Assembly: GCA_963713615.1 (NCBI GenBank)
Contig: CAVQMM010000001.1
Coordinates: 2,944,001 to 3,008,000, forward strand
Reading direction: 5' to 3'
Origin: an uncultured Chlamydiae bacterium
GTDB lineage: Bacteria; Chlamydiota; Chlamydiia; Chlamydiales; JAJFMA01
DNA: 64,000 nt
In this document: piece after piece, positions 41,603 to 50,949 of the stretch
Position numbering within the stretch: position 1 is the first letter of the stretch
Layout: each line of letters opens with the position of its first letter
Position numbers and translations under genes: made by a program
The notes under the pieces: model-generated
Seen by the model: only the letters and a program-made list of their open reading frames with translations
What the model was told of the DNA's origin: nothing
Database searches by the model: none

Positions 41603-42361
41603 ATGGACGATACAGTTCTACTAAGTAAAAAGATGGAAAAGCTACGAATGAAAGGAATGCTAATGACCTATGATCAAAGGTTAAAGGCAGCCCGCGAGGA
41701 ACACTGGAGCTATTCAGCATTTCTAGACACCCTGTTAACAGATGAAGTGGAGCAACGAAATCATGCACAGCTAACCCGACGACTTGCTAAAAGTATGCTG
41801 AATCCAAACAAGACGCTGGAAACCTTCGACTTTGGATTCAACAGCAAAATCCGCCCGTCGACGATTCGAGAACTTGCCTGTTGCAAGTATATAGACGAGG
41901 GCCAAAATATTTTATTCGTAGGCAAAAGTGGAGTAGGTAAAAGCCACTTAGCAGAGGCTTTGGGCCATGAGGCATGTCGCCGAGGGATTGATGTTTTGTG
42001 CTATCGCACACATAAACTTTTCGACTGGATACATAGCGGAAGAGGAGATGGCTCACACAAAAGGCGAATGGAGCAAGCCATCAAGATCCCTCTTTTAATA
42101 ATGGATGATTTTGGGCTACAGTCGATGCTTGAATGTCAACAAGAAGACCTATACGAAGTGATTAATGAGAGGTATGAGAAAAGGGCGTTAATCATTACAA
42201 GTAACCGAGATATGAGCGAATGGCCCACCGTATTTTCGAATCCTCTGATAGGTACAGCAGCCATGGACCGCTTGGTGCATAAGGCGATAGAGGTAGTGAT
42301 TGACGGGGGAAGTTACCGGCTAGATGAGTTTAAGAAACGCAGTAAGCAGAGAACCAAATAA
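41603..42361 (+). CDS. istB: IS21 helper ATPase
   Basis: GKSGVGKSH, LIMDDFG, ERYE, ITSN, DRLVH, GGSYR. Confidence 0.95.
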   Translation: MDDTVLLSKKMEKLRMKGMLMTYDQRLKAAREEHWSYSAFLDTLLTDEVEQRNHAQLTRRLAKSMLNPNKTLETFDFGFNSKIRPSTIRELACCKYIDEGQNILFVGKSGVGKSHLAEALGHEACRRGIDVLCYRTHKLFDWIHSGRGDGSHKRRMEQAIKIPLLIMDDFGLQSMLECQQEDLYEVINERYEKRALIITSNRDMSEWPTVFSNPLIGTAAMDRLVHKAIEVVIDGGSYRLDEFKKRSKQRTK

Positions 42362-42924
42362 CAAGGGAGAATGATCCAAAATCTTATGAAATAGATAATG
42401 GAGCGCGGTGAAGGTGGGTCGTTTTAAGCGACCGCCAGATGGGTCGTTTTAAGCGACCGCCAAGTGGGTCGTTTTTGGGTGACCGCCAAATGGGTCGTTT
42501 CAAGCGACCGCCAAGTGGGTCATTTTGGATGACCGCCAGATGGGTCGTTTTAGGCGACCCGCCAAGTGGGTCGTTTTGAGTGACCGCCAAGTGGGTCGTT
42601 TAGGCGACCGCCAAATGGGTCGTTTTCGTGGTTGTTGACATGTACGATCGTGACGATGGCTTTTTTGTCGATTGACCCTCAAAAGACCTCTGTGCTCGCA
42701 GAACCTAGAAATTGACATAGAAGTACCTGGAAGACGGTATTTGCTAGGTACCACATTCACAACTCACTGTGCATGGAATTCTGATTCGCAATCAATCGGG
42801 GGCAGAGAAATCAACATCCGATAATCAAACTTATGTATATTCCGGTGTTCTATGAAGCATCGGTAAATCACTAAATGTAACGACTCTGGGCTTCGAATCG
42901 CTTTTTTTAAAAGCTGCTGCCAAC

Positions 42925-44163
42925 CAGGGAAATTGCATGAAGAATTTAGTTTACGCCAAGCAACCCCAATAAGTAGCCACGGTTCCACCCTGCTTTCGAA
43001 CGGCGATTTTTAATCCCTGCCTTTGTCTTTTTATCTGCCTTTAAAATATTTAGCGTGGCCCGTCGAAGCACGGAAAAATTTTCCGCCCCATTATCTTTTC
43101 TTACTTTGCATCCATCCTCTGCATAGGATACATCTAGCTGCCAGTGCAACTGGTTCTCAATTGTCCAATGAGAGCGTATCGCATGGGCCATTTTCCTCGC
43201 ATCGGACGAGAGGCTGGATATGTAAAACCGTGTTTCTGTTGAAGTTACACCCTTAATTGTTCTTGTACTCCTAACTGCGGCAAGACTCCTTAAACCTGTC
43301 CATTCTGTTTTTTGTGGTAGCCACTCAAGATCTTCACATACCCAAACTTCTCGTTTCTCAACTCGTCCTCGCGACTTTTCTTCGCTCACAAAAAAGTCAC
43401 AACCACTGGCTTCCGGTAGACCTTCAACCACTTGCTCAAAAAAGTTTTGAGCCTCAGCATGTAGATGTCCTTGATTCCCTTTTAGACCTATCACGTAGTC
43501 TCCTCCTTGCTCCACGATCTGCTTAACAAGTGGCCTATGACATCCTCCGGCATCCACTGTAATTGTAGCACCCCTAATATCGAGCATGGCAAGAAGCAAG
43601 GGAAAAGCAGTGATTTCATTGGATTTTAGCTCTGTTGCAAGCTGCCCTAGAACAAGTTGATTTTCCGCTGAAAATGCACTCACGATATGAATGGCTCTTA
43701 CATCATTTGTCGTATCGGAAGAGTTGCATAAGGTTTTGCCGTCCAAAGCGATGATGCCACCTATCGTTTTGGCAATATGCTGAGTCCAGTTAATAAAACA
43801 CCGCTCAAACGCCTGTGGGTTGACAAAGCGGAAAAAGCGCGAGAAAGTGTCATGCGAAGGGACACCATCAGAACACATTTGAAGCTCGTGTAACCATTCA
43901 AGATTAGACTCAGACCATAAGCTAACCTCTACCCAATCATCAGCCCCGCAAAGTATAGCGAGGATGGCGATCGATACGATCTCGGAGACACTGTAGGCCT
44001 GGTTTCTTGCCTTACGAGGATCTGGTAGGATTGAAAACGCGAGCATGATAGAAGTTTCTCTGACTGCATGTTGTTGTGACATTATACATCTCCCTGATGA
44101 AAAAGAGAAGTAGTCGCAACAATTTGAAAAATAGTCAAATCATTTCTTCATGCAATTTCCCTG
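42925..44163 (-). mobile_element. ISAs1-family IS, copy A (1239 bp)
   Basis: TIRs cagggaaattgcatgaaga; 10-bp TSD tgctgccaac. Confidence 0.95.
42946..44082 (-). CDS. ISAs1 transposase
   Basis: DPR, PSHDTF, LDGKT, KSNEIT, LKGNQ, RSHWTIENQLHW. Confidence 0.95.
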   Translation of the reverse strand: MSQQHAVRETSIMLAFSILPDPRKARNQAYSVSEIVSIAILAILCGADDWVEVSLWSESNLEWLHELQMCSDGVPSHDTFSRFFRFVNPQAFERCFINWTQHIAKTIGGIIALDGKTLCNSSDTTNDVRAIHIVSAFSAENQLVLGQLATELKSNEITAFPLLLAMLDIRGATITVDAGGCHRPLVKQIVEQGGDYVIGLKGNQGHLHAEAQNFFEQVVEGLPEASGCDFFVSEEKSRGRVEKREVWVCEDLEWLPQKTEWTGLRSLAAVRSTRTIKGVTSTETRFYISSLSSDARKMAHAIRSHWTIENQLHWQLDVSYAEDGCKVRKDNGAENFSVLRRATLNILKADKKTKAGIKNRRSKAGWNRGYLLGLLGVN

Positions 44164-44375
44164 TGCTGCCAACAGAGTTTTAGATCCCAAAAACCGTTTA
44201 CATAGCGCTCCTTCACTGCAATAGCAAGAAGCGTAGGAAAAAGACTTAAAGTTTAATTGGTGTAGTCCTTGATTTTTGATATCTGTAGCTGATTTAGACA
44301 ATTTTTTTTCAATTTACTGATATTTTGTTAAGATCTCAAGTTCTATCTTATATCAATTGACTAAAACTAAATGTT

Positions 44376-44891
44376 CTACCCAAGTATTTTTTTTAGTTTA
44401 ATTTGGTTATGAACTTGCTTTTCAATTCCGTAATCAAACCCTTTGTGACTCACACAAAAGCTGATCATTGATTTTGTTACCTTAATAGCTGCAAGTTCCC
44501 AAAACTGCTCTCTATCATTTCCTTGGAGCTGTCGAGCAACTATCGCTAAATCATCGATTATTGTGTCTGTAAATTTTCTGGTATATTTATTGGCGCTTAC
44601 AGAAAGAGGTTCACCTCTATTGGGTCTCCCTTGAGCAGCGCGTATGTCCTGTGAAAATTCATGCTTGTGGGCTTGATAAGAAGTATAGCAAACGGAGTTC
44701 ACAAGTGCCGGTATATCCTCTGATGAATTCCTTTCGGTTATCATCAAAGCATGTTCCGAGAATGTGCTTTGAATGTTGAATAAACAGTCATCCATCGTAG
44801 TTGCTTCTTCATCCCATCCGTGATCAGCTTGCAAACAGCTTGCCATTATAGAAGTCAAAATTGTAAATATCGAGATTAATATTTTTTTCAC
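44376..44891 (-). CDS. Hypothetical exported protein
   Basis: 171-aa ORF, GTG start after AAGGA, signal-peptide-like N-terminus. Confidence 0.6.
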   Translation of the reverse strand: MKKILISIFTILTSIMASCLQADHGWDEEATTMDDCLFNIQSTFSEHALMITERNSSEDIPALVNSVCYTSYQAHKHEFSQDIRAAQGRPNRGEPLSVSANKYTRKFTDTIIDDLAIVARQLQGNDREQFWELAAIKVTKSMISFCVSHKGFDYGIEKQVHNQIKLKKILG

Positions 44892-46004
44892 ATTGATCCT
44901 TTTTATACTGAGATTTAAGAAGTTAGTCAGATGGCCGTCACGCCACTGGATGTAGTCCGGTGATGCAAGTCAACTCGAGGCGCCGAGACGCAAACGGTTA
45001 TAGTCGTTGTTCCGTTGTCTGGACTAGTCTTGCTGATAAATCTTTTCGAAGGCTAAGTGGTCAAAGCCTCTAATAAAATTAGCTTTCATCGGGCCTTCCA
45101 AACGATTTTATGCAAAGTTAATAAGGCTATATCTAGAACATGTTATGCTAACATAGACTGGGATTGTCTGTCTCCAAAAATGTGGTCACTTAGTGGTTCA
45201 AGTATTTTATAATTCATGTCATATTGGATGCAAAATTTGAAGGAACTGGTTCCAGTCGGATCGTTACGGAATAGTGAGAGGTTTTATGTAGGAAATAATT
45301 TACACTACTGTTCAATTCTGTTCGACATAGACCCTTTGGATGAATGATTAATACAAGTATAAATGCACGCAATTGAATGTTTTCTTTATCGTTCTTATTT
45401 ACAGTGTCGATAGTTAAATCGATATTTCAATAAAATTCAAGACCTCCGAAATCAAGAGTTTAGTGATTGAAGAAATGGAGAAGAAAATCGAACGCATTTC
45501 TGTCCCTAAAGGATTCTCAATTAGGCGTCAACGGAGTTAGCCAATATTCAATGATATTGTGGAATTTTCAAAATGTTTCAATTAAAAAGATGAGGCCATT
45601 GGAGTTAGCACGGTTTAGAAACTATTTCGAATTTATAAGGCTTGCCAGAGCACAAAGGGACAGCGAAACTAAAATCCGATAATCTAACGTTCACCATCGT
45701 AGGAGATTATCGCTCAAGGTGAAAGGATCAAGAACAGATCGACCGCTTATTCACTCTGTGTGGATCGTAAAGTCTCTAATCAGGGTTACTCTCGCATTGG
45801 GATATCTCTATGTTTAAATAAAAGACTGATAATTGACTGAAAGTGAAATTTGAATCATACTCATTGTCAGATTCTTATGAGAAAGGAGAAGACTATGTTT
45901 GAAGCAACCTATTGCCCTTCATTTATAGATAGAAGTTTGCGATTTCTGAGATTTTCGAATCTTTTTGCTATCTTGCTGCCTTTTTCAAGCATAGAGATTC
46001 GCGA

Positions 46005-46928
46005 ATGAAAAAATACTATCGTGTCATACTAGGAAGAAAAAACATTCATGTAGAGGACAGTCTTCATGGGAAGTTTATTGGCGCCAGCTTTGGTATTGAA
46101 CAAGATCTTGGCAAATTGTCCGACGATTGGAAGTCCTTTAACCAAGTGCTAATCCCCGCCTATCTCGAAAAATGCCCTGGAAAAAGTAAAATTGCTGCTG
46201 GATTGGCCTGCGGGGTTCTTCACACTATAGCAAAGGAAATGAAAGAAGGCGACGTTGTTCTCTGCCCAAATGGTGCAGGCCAATACCTTGTAGGTGAGGT
46301 GCTTAAAGAGTATTCCTATCACCCCCTGGAAATTTTACCTCATAGGCGAACTGTGTGTTGGCAGACCGAGAGGATAGAGCGATCTAATATGAGCCCCTCG
46401 CTAAAAAATTCAACTGGATCAGTCGGGACGATTAGCGACGTTACCAAGTATGCAGAAGAAATCGAAAGACTTATAGCTGGCAAGTCCTCGGTTGCTCTCG
46501 TAAGCAAAAACGAAGAAATTGAGGATTCTAGCGTTTTCGCCCTTGAAAAGCATCTGGAAGATTTTCTTATACATAATTGGAAGCAGACCCTCTTAGGAAA
46601 AGATTACGATATTTATCAAGAGGAAGGGCAACTAGAAGGACAACAATTTCGCACAGATACAGGCTTTATTGATATTCTGGCTATCAGCAAAGACAAAAAA
46701 GAACTGCTTGTGGTTGAGCTAAAGAAGGGACGAGCAAGTGACGCGGTGTTAGGTCAAATACAGCGTTATATGGGTTATGTTTTAGAAGAACTTGCGGAGG
46801 AAGGACAGACGGTTAGAGGAGTAATTATTGGCTTGGAAGACGATCTCAGAATTCGAAGATCGCTAGCAGTTGCACCAAACATAAGATTTTATAGATACCA
46901 AGTAAATTTTTCTCTCTTCAAAAGTTAA
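46005..46928 (+). CDS. NucS/DUF91-like PD-(D/E)XK endonuclease with N-terminal putative DNA-reading domain
   Basis: LEKHLEDFL, GFIDILA, VVELKKGRASD.VLGQIQRYMG; N-terminal MKEGDVVLCP...VGEV...Y...HRR.V.W. Confidence 0.8.
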   Translation: MKKYYRVILGRKNIHVEDSLHGKFIGASFGIEQDLGKLSDDWKSFNQVLIPAYLEKCPGKSKIAAGLACGVLHTIAKEMKEGDVVLCPNGAGQYLVGEVLKEYSYHPLEILPHRRTVCWQTERIERSNMSPSLKNSTGSVGTISDVTKYAEEIERLIAGKSSVALVSKNEEIEDSSVFALEKHLEDFLIHNWKQTLLGKDYDIYQEEGQLEGQQFRTDTGFIDILAISKDKKELLVVELKKGRASDAVLGQIQRYMGYVLEELAEEGQTVRGVIIGLEDDLRIRRSLAVAPNIRFYRYQVNFSLFKS

Positions 46929-47130
46929 AAGCTATCCAAGGCCCATTTATTAGAACTTGCACGGCAGATTTTTGACTTTTGTCTCATGGATGATGTTATG
47001 GCATTATGTTCATCATTCTTTAAAACAAGTTCTGAATCGAGCGACTTAAGTGATTAAACCATAGTTCTATACGATATTTTTGACCTTGGTATACTGAGAT
47101 CACTATTTGATGGTCAAACAGCGGCGTCTG

Positions 47131-47167
47131 GTGATTTTAATGCACTTGTTAGGTGCAATATAATCAC
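47131..47167. promoter_or_regulatory. Inverted repeat upstream of abiEi (putative autoregulatory operator)
   Basis: gtgattttaatgcac-N7-gtgcaatataatcac, 13/15 complementary. Confidence 0.55.
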
Positions 47168-47211
47168 ATATCACATGCTTATAAACATACATATCGTGTA
47201 TATGTTGTACT

Positions 47212-48033
47212 ATGGATGAGCATGATCTGGGTGGAATAGGAAAGCTTTCCCGTAAAAGGCTTTCCGATGTGGTTAGGCGCTACAAAGGCTGTATTAAAGC
47301 TGCAGATGTTGCTGATTGTCTTGAAATATCAGGGGCCAAAGCTAGGAATTTGCTAGCACTGTGGTCCAAGCATGGATGGTTGCAGCGGATCCGTTCAGGA
47401 ATATACTTGGCTGTTGAATTAGCTTCAGAATCACCAGAAGATATTTTAATAGATCCTTGGGTAATTGCGACTCAGTTGTACTCACCTTGTTATTTAGGTG
47501 GATGGTCAGCTTGTCAGCATTGGGATTTCACGGAACAAATTTTTGATAGAACATTAGTCTTAACTACAAAGCGAATAAATGGAAAAGAACAGATCGTCGG
47601 AAATCTACATTTCCTAATCAAGAAGACCGATTCTGCTAAATTTTTTGGGCTTAAGACCATTTGGAAAGAATCATTTAAAGTACAAATTTCTGATCCTCAT
47701 AGGACGATCATTGATATTCTCGATGACCCAGCTCTTGCAGGAGGGATTCGCTCCGTTGTTGATATGCTTAAGAAGTATCTTTATTCGGAACATTTTAATT
47801 CTTCGTTGTTGTTGGAATATGCTTTCAAAATGAATAACAAAACGATCTTCAAAAGATTGGGTTTTTTGCTTTCCATTCTCAAATTTGAAGACATTGCTTT
47901 AATAAAGCAATGCCGGCAGAATATAAGCCAAGGCAATTCACAAATCGACCCTTCTTCAAAGGGCAAACGACTCATTAAAAAATGGGGGCTTTGGCTTCCG
48001 AATGACTTTGAGAGTATTTTTAAAAAAGCGTGA
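47212..48033 (+). CDS. abiEi: Type IV TA antitoxin, AbiEi family
   Basis: wHTH with GWLQRIRSGIY; YLGGWSA..HW..TEQ; SDPHRTIID. Confidence 0.85.
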   Translation: MDEHDLGGIGKLSRKRLSDVVRRYKGCIKAADVADCLEISGAKARNLLALWSKHGWLQRIRSGIYLAVELASESPEDILIDPWVIATQLYSPCYLGGWSACQHWDFTEQIFDRTLVLTTKRINGKEQIVGNLHFLIKKTDSAKFFGLKTIWKESFKVQISDPHRTIIDILDDPALAGGIRSVVDMLKKYLYSEHFNSSLLLEYAFKMNNKTIFKRLGFLLSILKFEDIALIKQCRQNISQGNSQIDPSSKGKRLIKKWGLWLPNDFESIFKKA

Positions 48034-48039
48034 AAATTC

Positions 48040-48882
48040 ATGATAGATAAATACGAAATACTGAAAACGGCTAAATTGCTTGGTCTGCAGCCTACAACGG
48101 TTGAGAAGGATTATGTGCTCGGATGGGTGCTGATGGCCATACAAGTACATCCCGAATGCCAAGAAAAATGGATTTTTAAAGGAGGAACCTGTCTTAAAAA
48201 ATGTTTCTTTGACAACTACAGATTTTCTGAAGACTTAGATTTTACAATTTTGGCTCAAGACCATATCGAAGAAGCGCTAATGAAGAAAATTCTCAAAGAG
48301 GCTAGTGAGTGGGTATATGAACAATCCGGTATAGAACTGCCTGACAAGCATATTTCTATAGACCTCTACAAAAATTCTCATAGCGCTTTCTCTATTGAAG
48401 GTAAGTTAACCTACTTTGGTCCACTCAAGCAAAAAACAAATTTTCCACGTATAAAGCTTGATTTGACGGCTCATGAAAAAGTGGTGTTGCCACCGGAAAG
48501 GCGCATCATTTTTCACAACTACTCCGATAGGCCTAGTAATGCGCCACATGCTTTAAGTTACTGCTACGAAGAAATTTTTGCTGAAAAGCTTCGAGCGCTT
48601 GCCGAACGTGCCCGTCCCAGGGATCTTTATGATGTTATTCATCTTTATGAAGGGCGCCACGGCCTTTCGGATAAGGGTAAATTTTTAGAGTCCCTTTCAG
48701 CCAAATGTGAGTTCAAAAAAATTCCAGTGCCAACCCTAGAATACATAGAGAGGCATCCTCAAAAGGCAACTCTTTCATCGGAATGGGACAATATGCTACG
48801 TCATCAGCTCCCTGAGTTGAAGCCCTTTGACTATTTTTGGAAAGAACTTGAGCATATTTTTGAATGGGTTAGCAGCAAGTGA
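48040..48882 (+). CDS. abiEii: Type IV TA toxin, AbiEii nucleotidyltransferase
   Basis: VEKDY, FKGGTCLKK, RFSEDLDF, EIFAEKLRAL, RDLYD. Confidence 0.92.
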   Translation: MIDKYEILKTAKLLGLQPTTVEKDYVLGWVLMAIQVHPECQEKWIFKGGTCLKKCFFDNYRFSEDLDFTILAQDHIEEALMKKILKEASEWVYEQSGIELPDKHISIDLYKNSHSAFSIEGKLTYFGPLKQKTNFPRIKLDLTAHEKVVLPPERRIIFHNYSDRPSNAPHALSYCYEEIFAEKLRALAERARPRDLYDVIHLYEGRHGLSDKGKFLESLSAKCEFKKIPVPTLEYIERHPQKATLSSEWDNMLRHQLPELKPFDYFWKELEHIFEWVSSK

Positions 48883-48903
48883 ATGAGGCAAAAATCCCGT
48901 ACG

Positions 48904-50949
48904 CTAATCTTGTATTCCTTTAAGTAATGCATCGCGGGCATCCGAATAGAACTGAATATCTACCTTTGTGGCCATATCGTCCGATAGATCTAGGAGCTGA
49001 CGACGACACGTAACAGGCATTAGAAGTGTAGTAGCTCCTTTTTCTACAGCGATTTCCGCTATTGTCACAGCGTTATGCACGGGCTCAATAGATCCTCCAA
49101 GATTAATCTCGCCGACGACAATTAACCCGCCGCGGACACTTTTTTTCAATAGTGCCGTACTCATACTTAGAATTGCAGCCACCCCTAACCTCGATCCCGC
49201 CTTCGCCGCATCGAAAGCGCGAAGCTGTATAGTGAATTCGTGTTGCCGCGGGTCCTTATCGCCAACCAACTGCATCGAACGTGCGTAAAGGTTTTGTTGG
49301 GCATAACCTACTGATTCTTTGAATGCGGGCGGTACCGGCTTGTTTAGTATTTTTACACCATTCCCAGGGCCTTCATTTACCTCAATCCGGTATAGACCCG
49401 GATGCTCGTCACTATCACCTGGACTTATGGTCCAAATTTGACCCGGTTCGAGTGGATCAGCACCGATTCCTCCGTCGCTCTGAAGTTCAGGTGTTCCTAC
49501 AAATTTTTCAACACCATTGTCACCTAAACTATAGCTAAAATGAGTATTTCGGAACTCCGCTGCACCTATGCGTTTCTGCTGTTCCTTGACACGACGACGT
49601 GCTTCTAGTGCCAATCGCACGGCCCACTCGAGGTCTTCATCCGGAACCATATCATCACTGCCAGGATAGAGTAGCTTTAATAAACCACTGACGGTTTTGT
49701 TAACGGCATTGGTGTCTCGTCCACTCAATGCGCCACCAAAGTATACACGGTTCTGAAGTATAGCGAGGCGACTCTGGCTGCGTAGGCGACTCCAGCACTC
49801 CGACAAGAAATCGCTTACAAGACCGAAGTGATTAGTCAGCATTTCTTTATTTATCTTGGGAACATCCCAACCAGGAAGATAGGCGTGAATGCGGTCCATG
49901 AACGCCGTGTCATCACGCATTTCGGGGGGCAATGGACCAAAAAGATGGCCGATACGTTGCTGATGCTCTATATCCACGTCAAAATTGCCTACTAAAACCA
50001 GGCTTCCATCTGCACGAATACTCTCTTTACCTCGACTGAACTCTCCCGATTCCATGTATCCTTTCATGATATTAACACCATCTTTCTGGTCGAAGGAAAC
50101 ACCGGAGACTTCGTCAAAACACACAACGTCGTATTGGCACACTAGACCACGTTGTCCACTGGTATTGTTGACAAACATGCGTGCTACGGTGGCCTTGCCT
50201 CCAGAAATAAGATGGGCATATGGTGATACTTGTTGGAAAAGATGACTCTTGCCCGTTCCACGGGGTCCTAGTTCCACAAGATTGTAATTTCGCTCAACAA
50301 AGGGCACCATTCGAAGCAAAAAGGCATCTTTGGCACGTTCCGACAATACAGATGGCTCAAGGCCTATGCTACGAAACAGGAGGGTCTTCCACTCTGAAGT
50401 AGAGAAGTGCTTTCGAGCTTCGGCAAGTTGATCTAATACATCGCGTTTTGATAATTGAATTTCACGAAGGGCGTCTACTCCAAACGGTCGGCCGTTTTTT
50501 TCCTGGGCAATTCCAGAATCATAAGATAGTGTAATCTCAGCATAAAAACCACCCGTGAGCATTCTTTCGTGCTCCTTAATTAACTGAGAGCTGATGCGTG
50601 CATCTTTAAGTTGCAGGCTGGGAAGCGTAACCAAGTAGGAATCGGTTTTTGTATCAAGTCGAGCACTAATAAGGTCGATAACCTTAACTTCTCCTTTTTC
50701 ACGCGCATGAGCCTTAAACAGTTCTTCCTCGCCCGCTTTAACAGTTCGCGATTTGAGCTGTCGTTGCACGATTTCCAATCCCTCTTCAATTTCTTCCTGA
50801 TCAGTACTGGCACAGTATCTGCCGAGAAGGAATTCAACCACATAGGTCGGCACGGGAAACTGACGAGAGAATGTTCTTACCAAATCCTTGCGCACCAGAT
50901 AGCCATTAAGTGTGGATGCCAGAAGTTTGTCTATGTGATCTAGATCCAT
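48904..50949 (-). CDS. brxL: BREX Lon-like protein BrxL
   Basis: VPTYVVEFLLGRYC, ELGPRGTGKSH, FDEV, MKGYMESGEF, DTAFMDR; C-terminal Lon-like domain; last gene of the operon. Confidence 0.92.
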   Translation of the reverse strand: MDLDHIDKLLASTLNGYLVRKDLVRTFSRQFPVPTYVVEFLLGRYCASTDQEEIEEGLEIVQRQLKSRTVKAGEEELFKAHAREKGEVKVIDLISARLDTKTDSYLVTLPSLQLKDARISSQLIKEHERMLTGGFYAEITLSYDSGIAQEKNGRPFGVDALREIQLSKRDVLDQLAEARKHFSTSEWKTLLFRSIGLEPSVLSERAKDAFLLRMVPFVERNYNLVELGPRGTGKSHLFQQVSPYAHLISGGKATVARMFVNNTSGQRGLVCQYDVVCFDEVSGVSFDQKDGVNIMKGYMESGEFSRGKESIRADGSLVLVGNFDVDIEHQQRIGHLFGPLPPEMRDDTAFMDRIHAYLPGWDVPKINKEMLTNHFGLVSDFLSECWSRLRSQSRLAILQNRVYFGGALSGRDTNAVNKTVSGLLKLLYPGSDDMVPDEDLEWAVRLALEARRRVKEQQKRIGAAEFRNTHFSYSLGDNGVEKFVGTPELQSDGGIGADPLEPGQIWTISPGDSDEHPGLYRIEVNEGPGNGVKILNKPVPPAFKESVGYAQQNLYARSMQLVGDKDPRQHEFTIQLRAFDAAKAGSRLGVAAILSMSTALLKKSVRGGLIVVGEINLGGSIEPVHNAVTIAEIAVEKGATTLLMPVTCRRQLLDLSDDMATKVDIQFYSDARDALLKGIQD

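Larger units (their letters stand above)
39694..42640 (+). mobile_element. IS21-family element 2
   Basis: TGTCAACAACCAC...GTGGTTGTTGACA ends, arrays of aaacgacccacttggcggtc repeats at both ends, 6-bp TSD tgtacg. Confidence 0.95.

Noticed and set aside
44900..46000. Possible gene remnants or ncRNA in the AT-rich gap (also 37150-38150)
   Set aside because: No recognisable protein motif or convincing RNA structure
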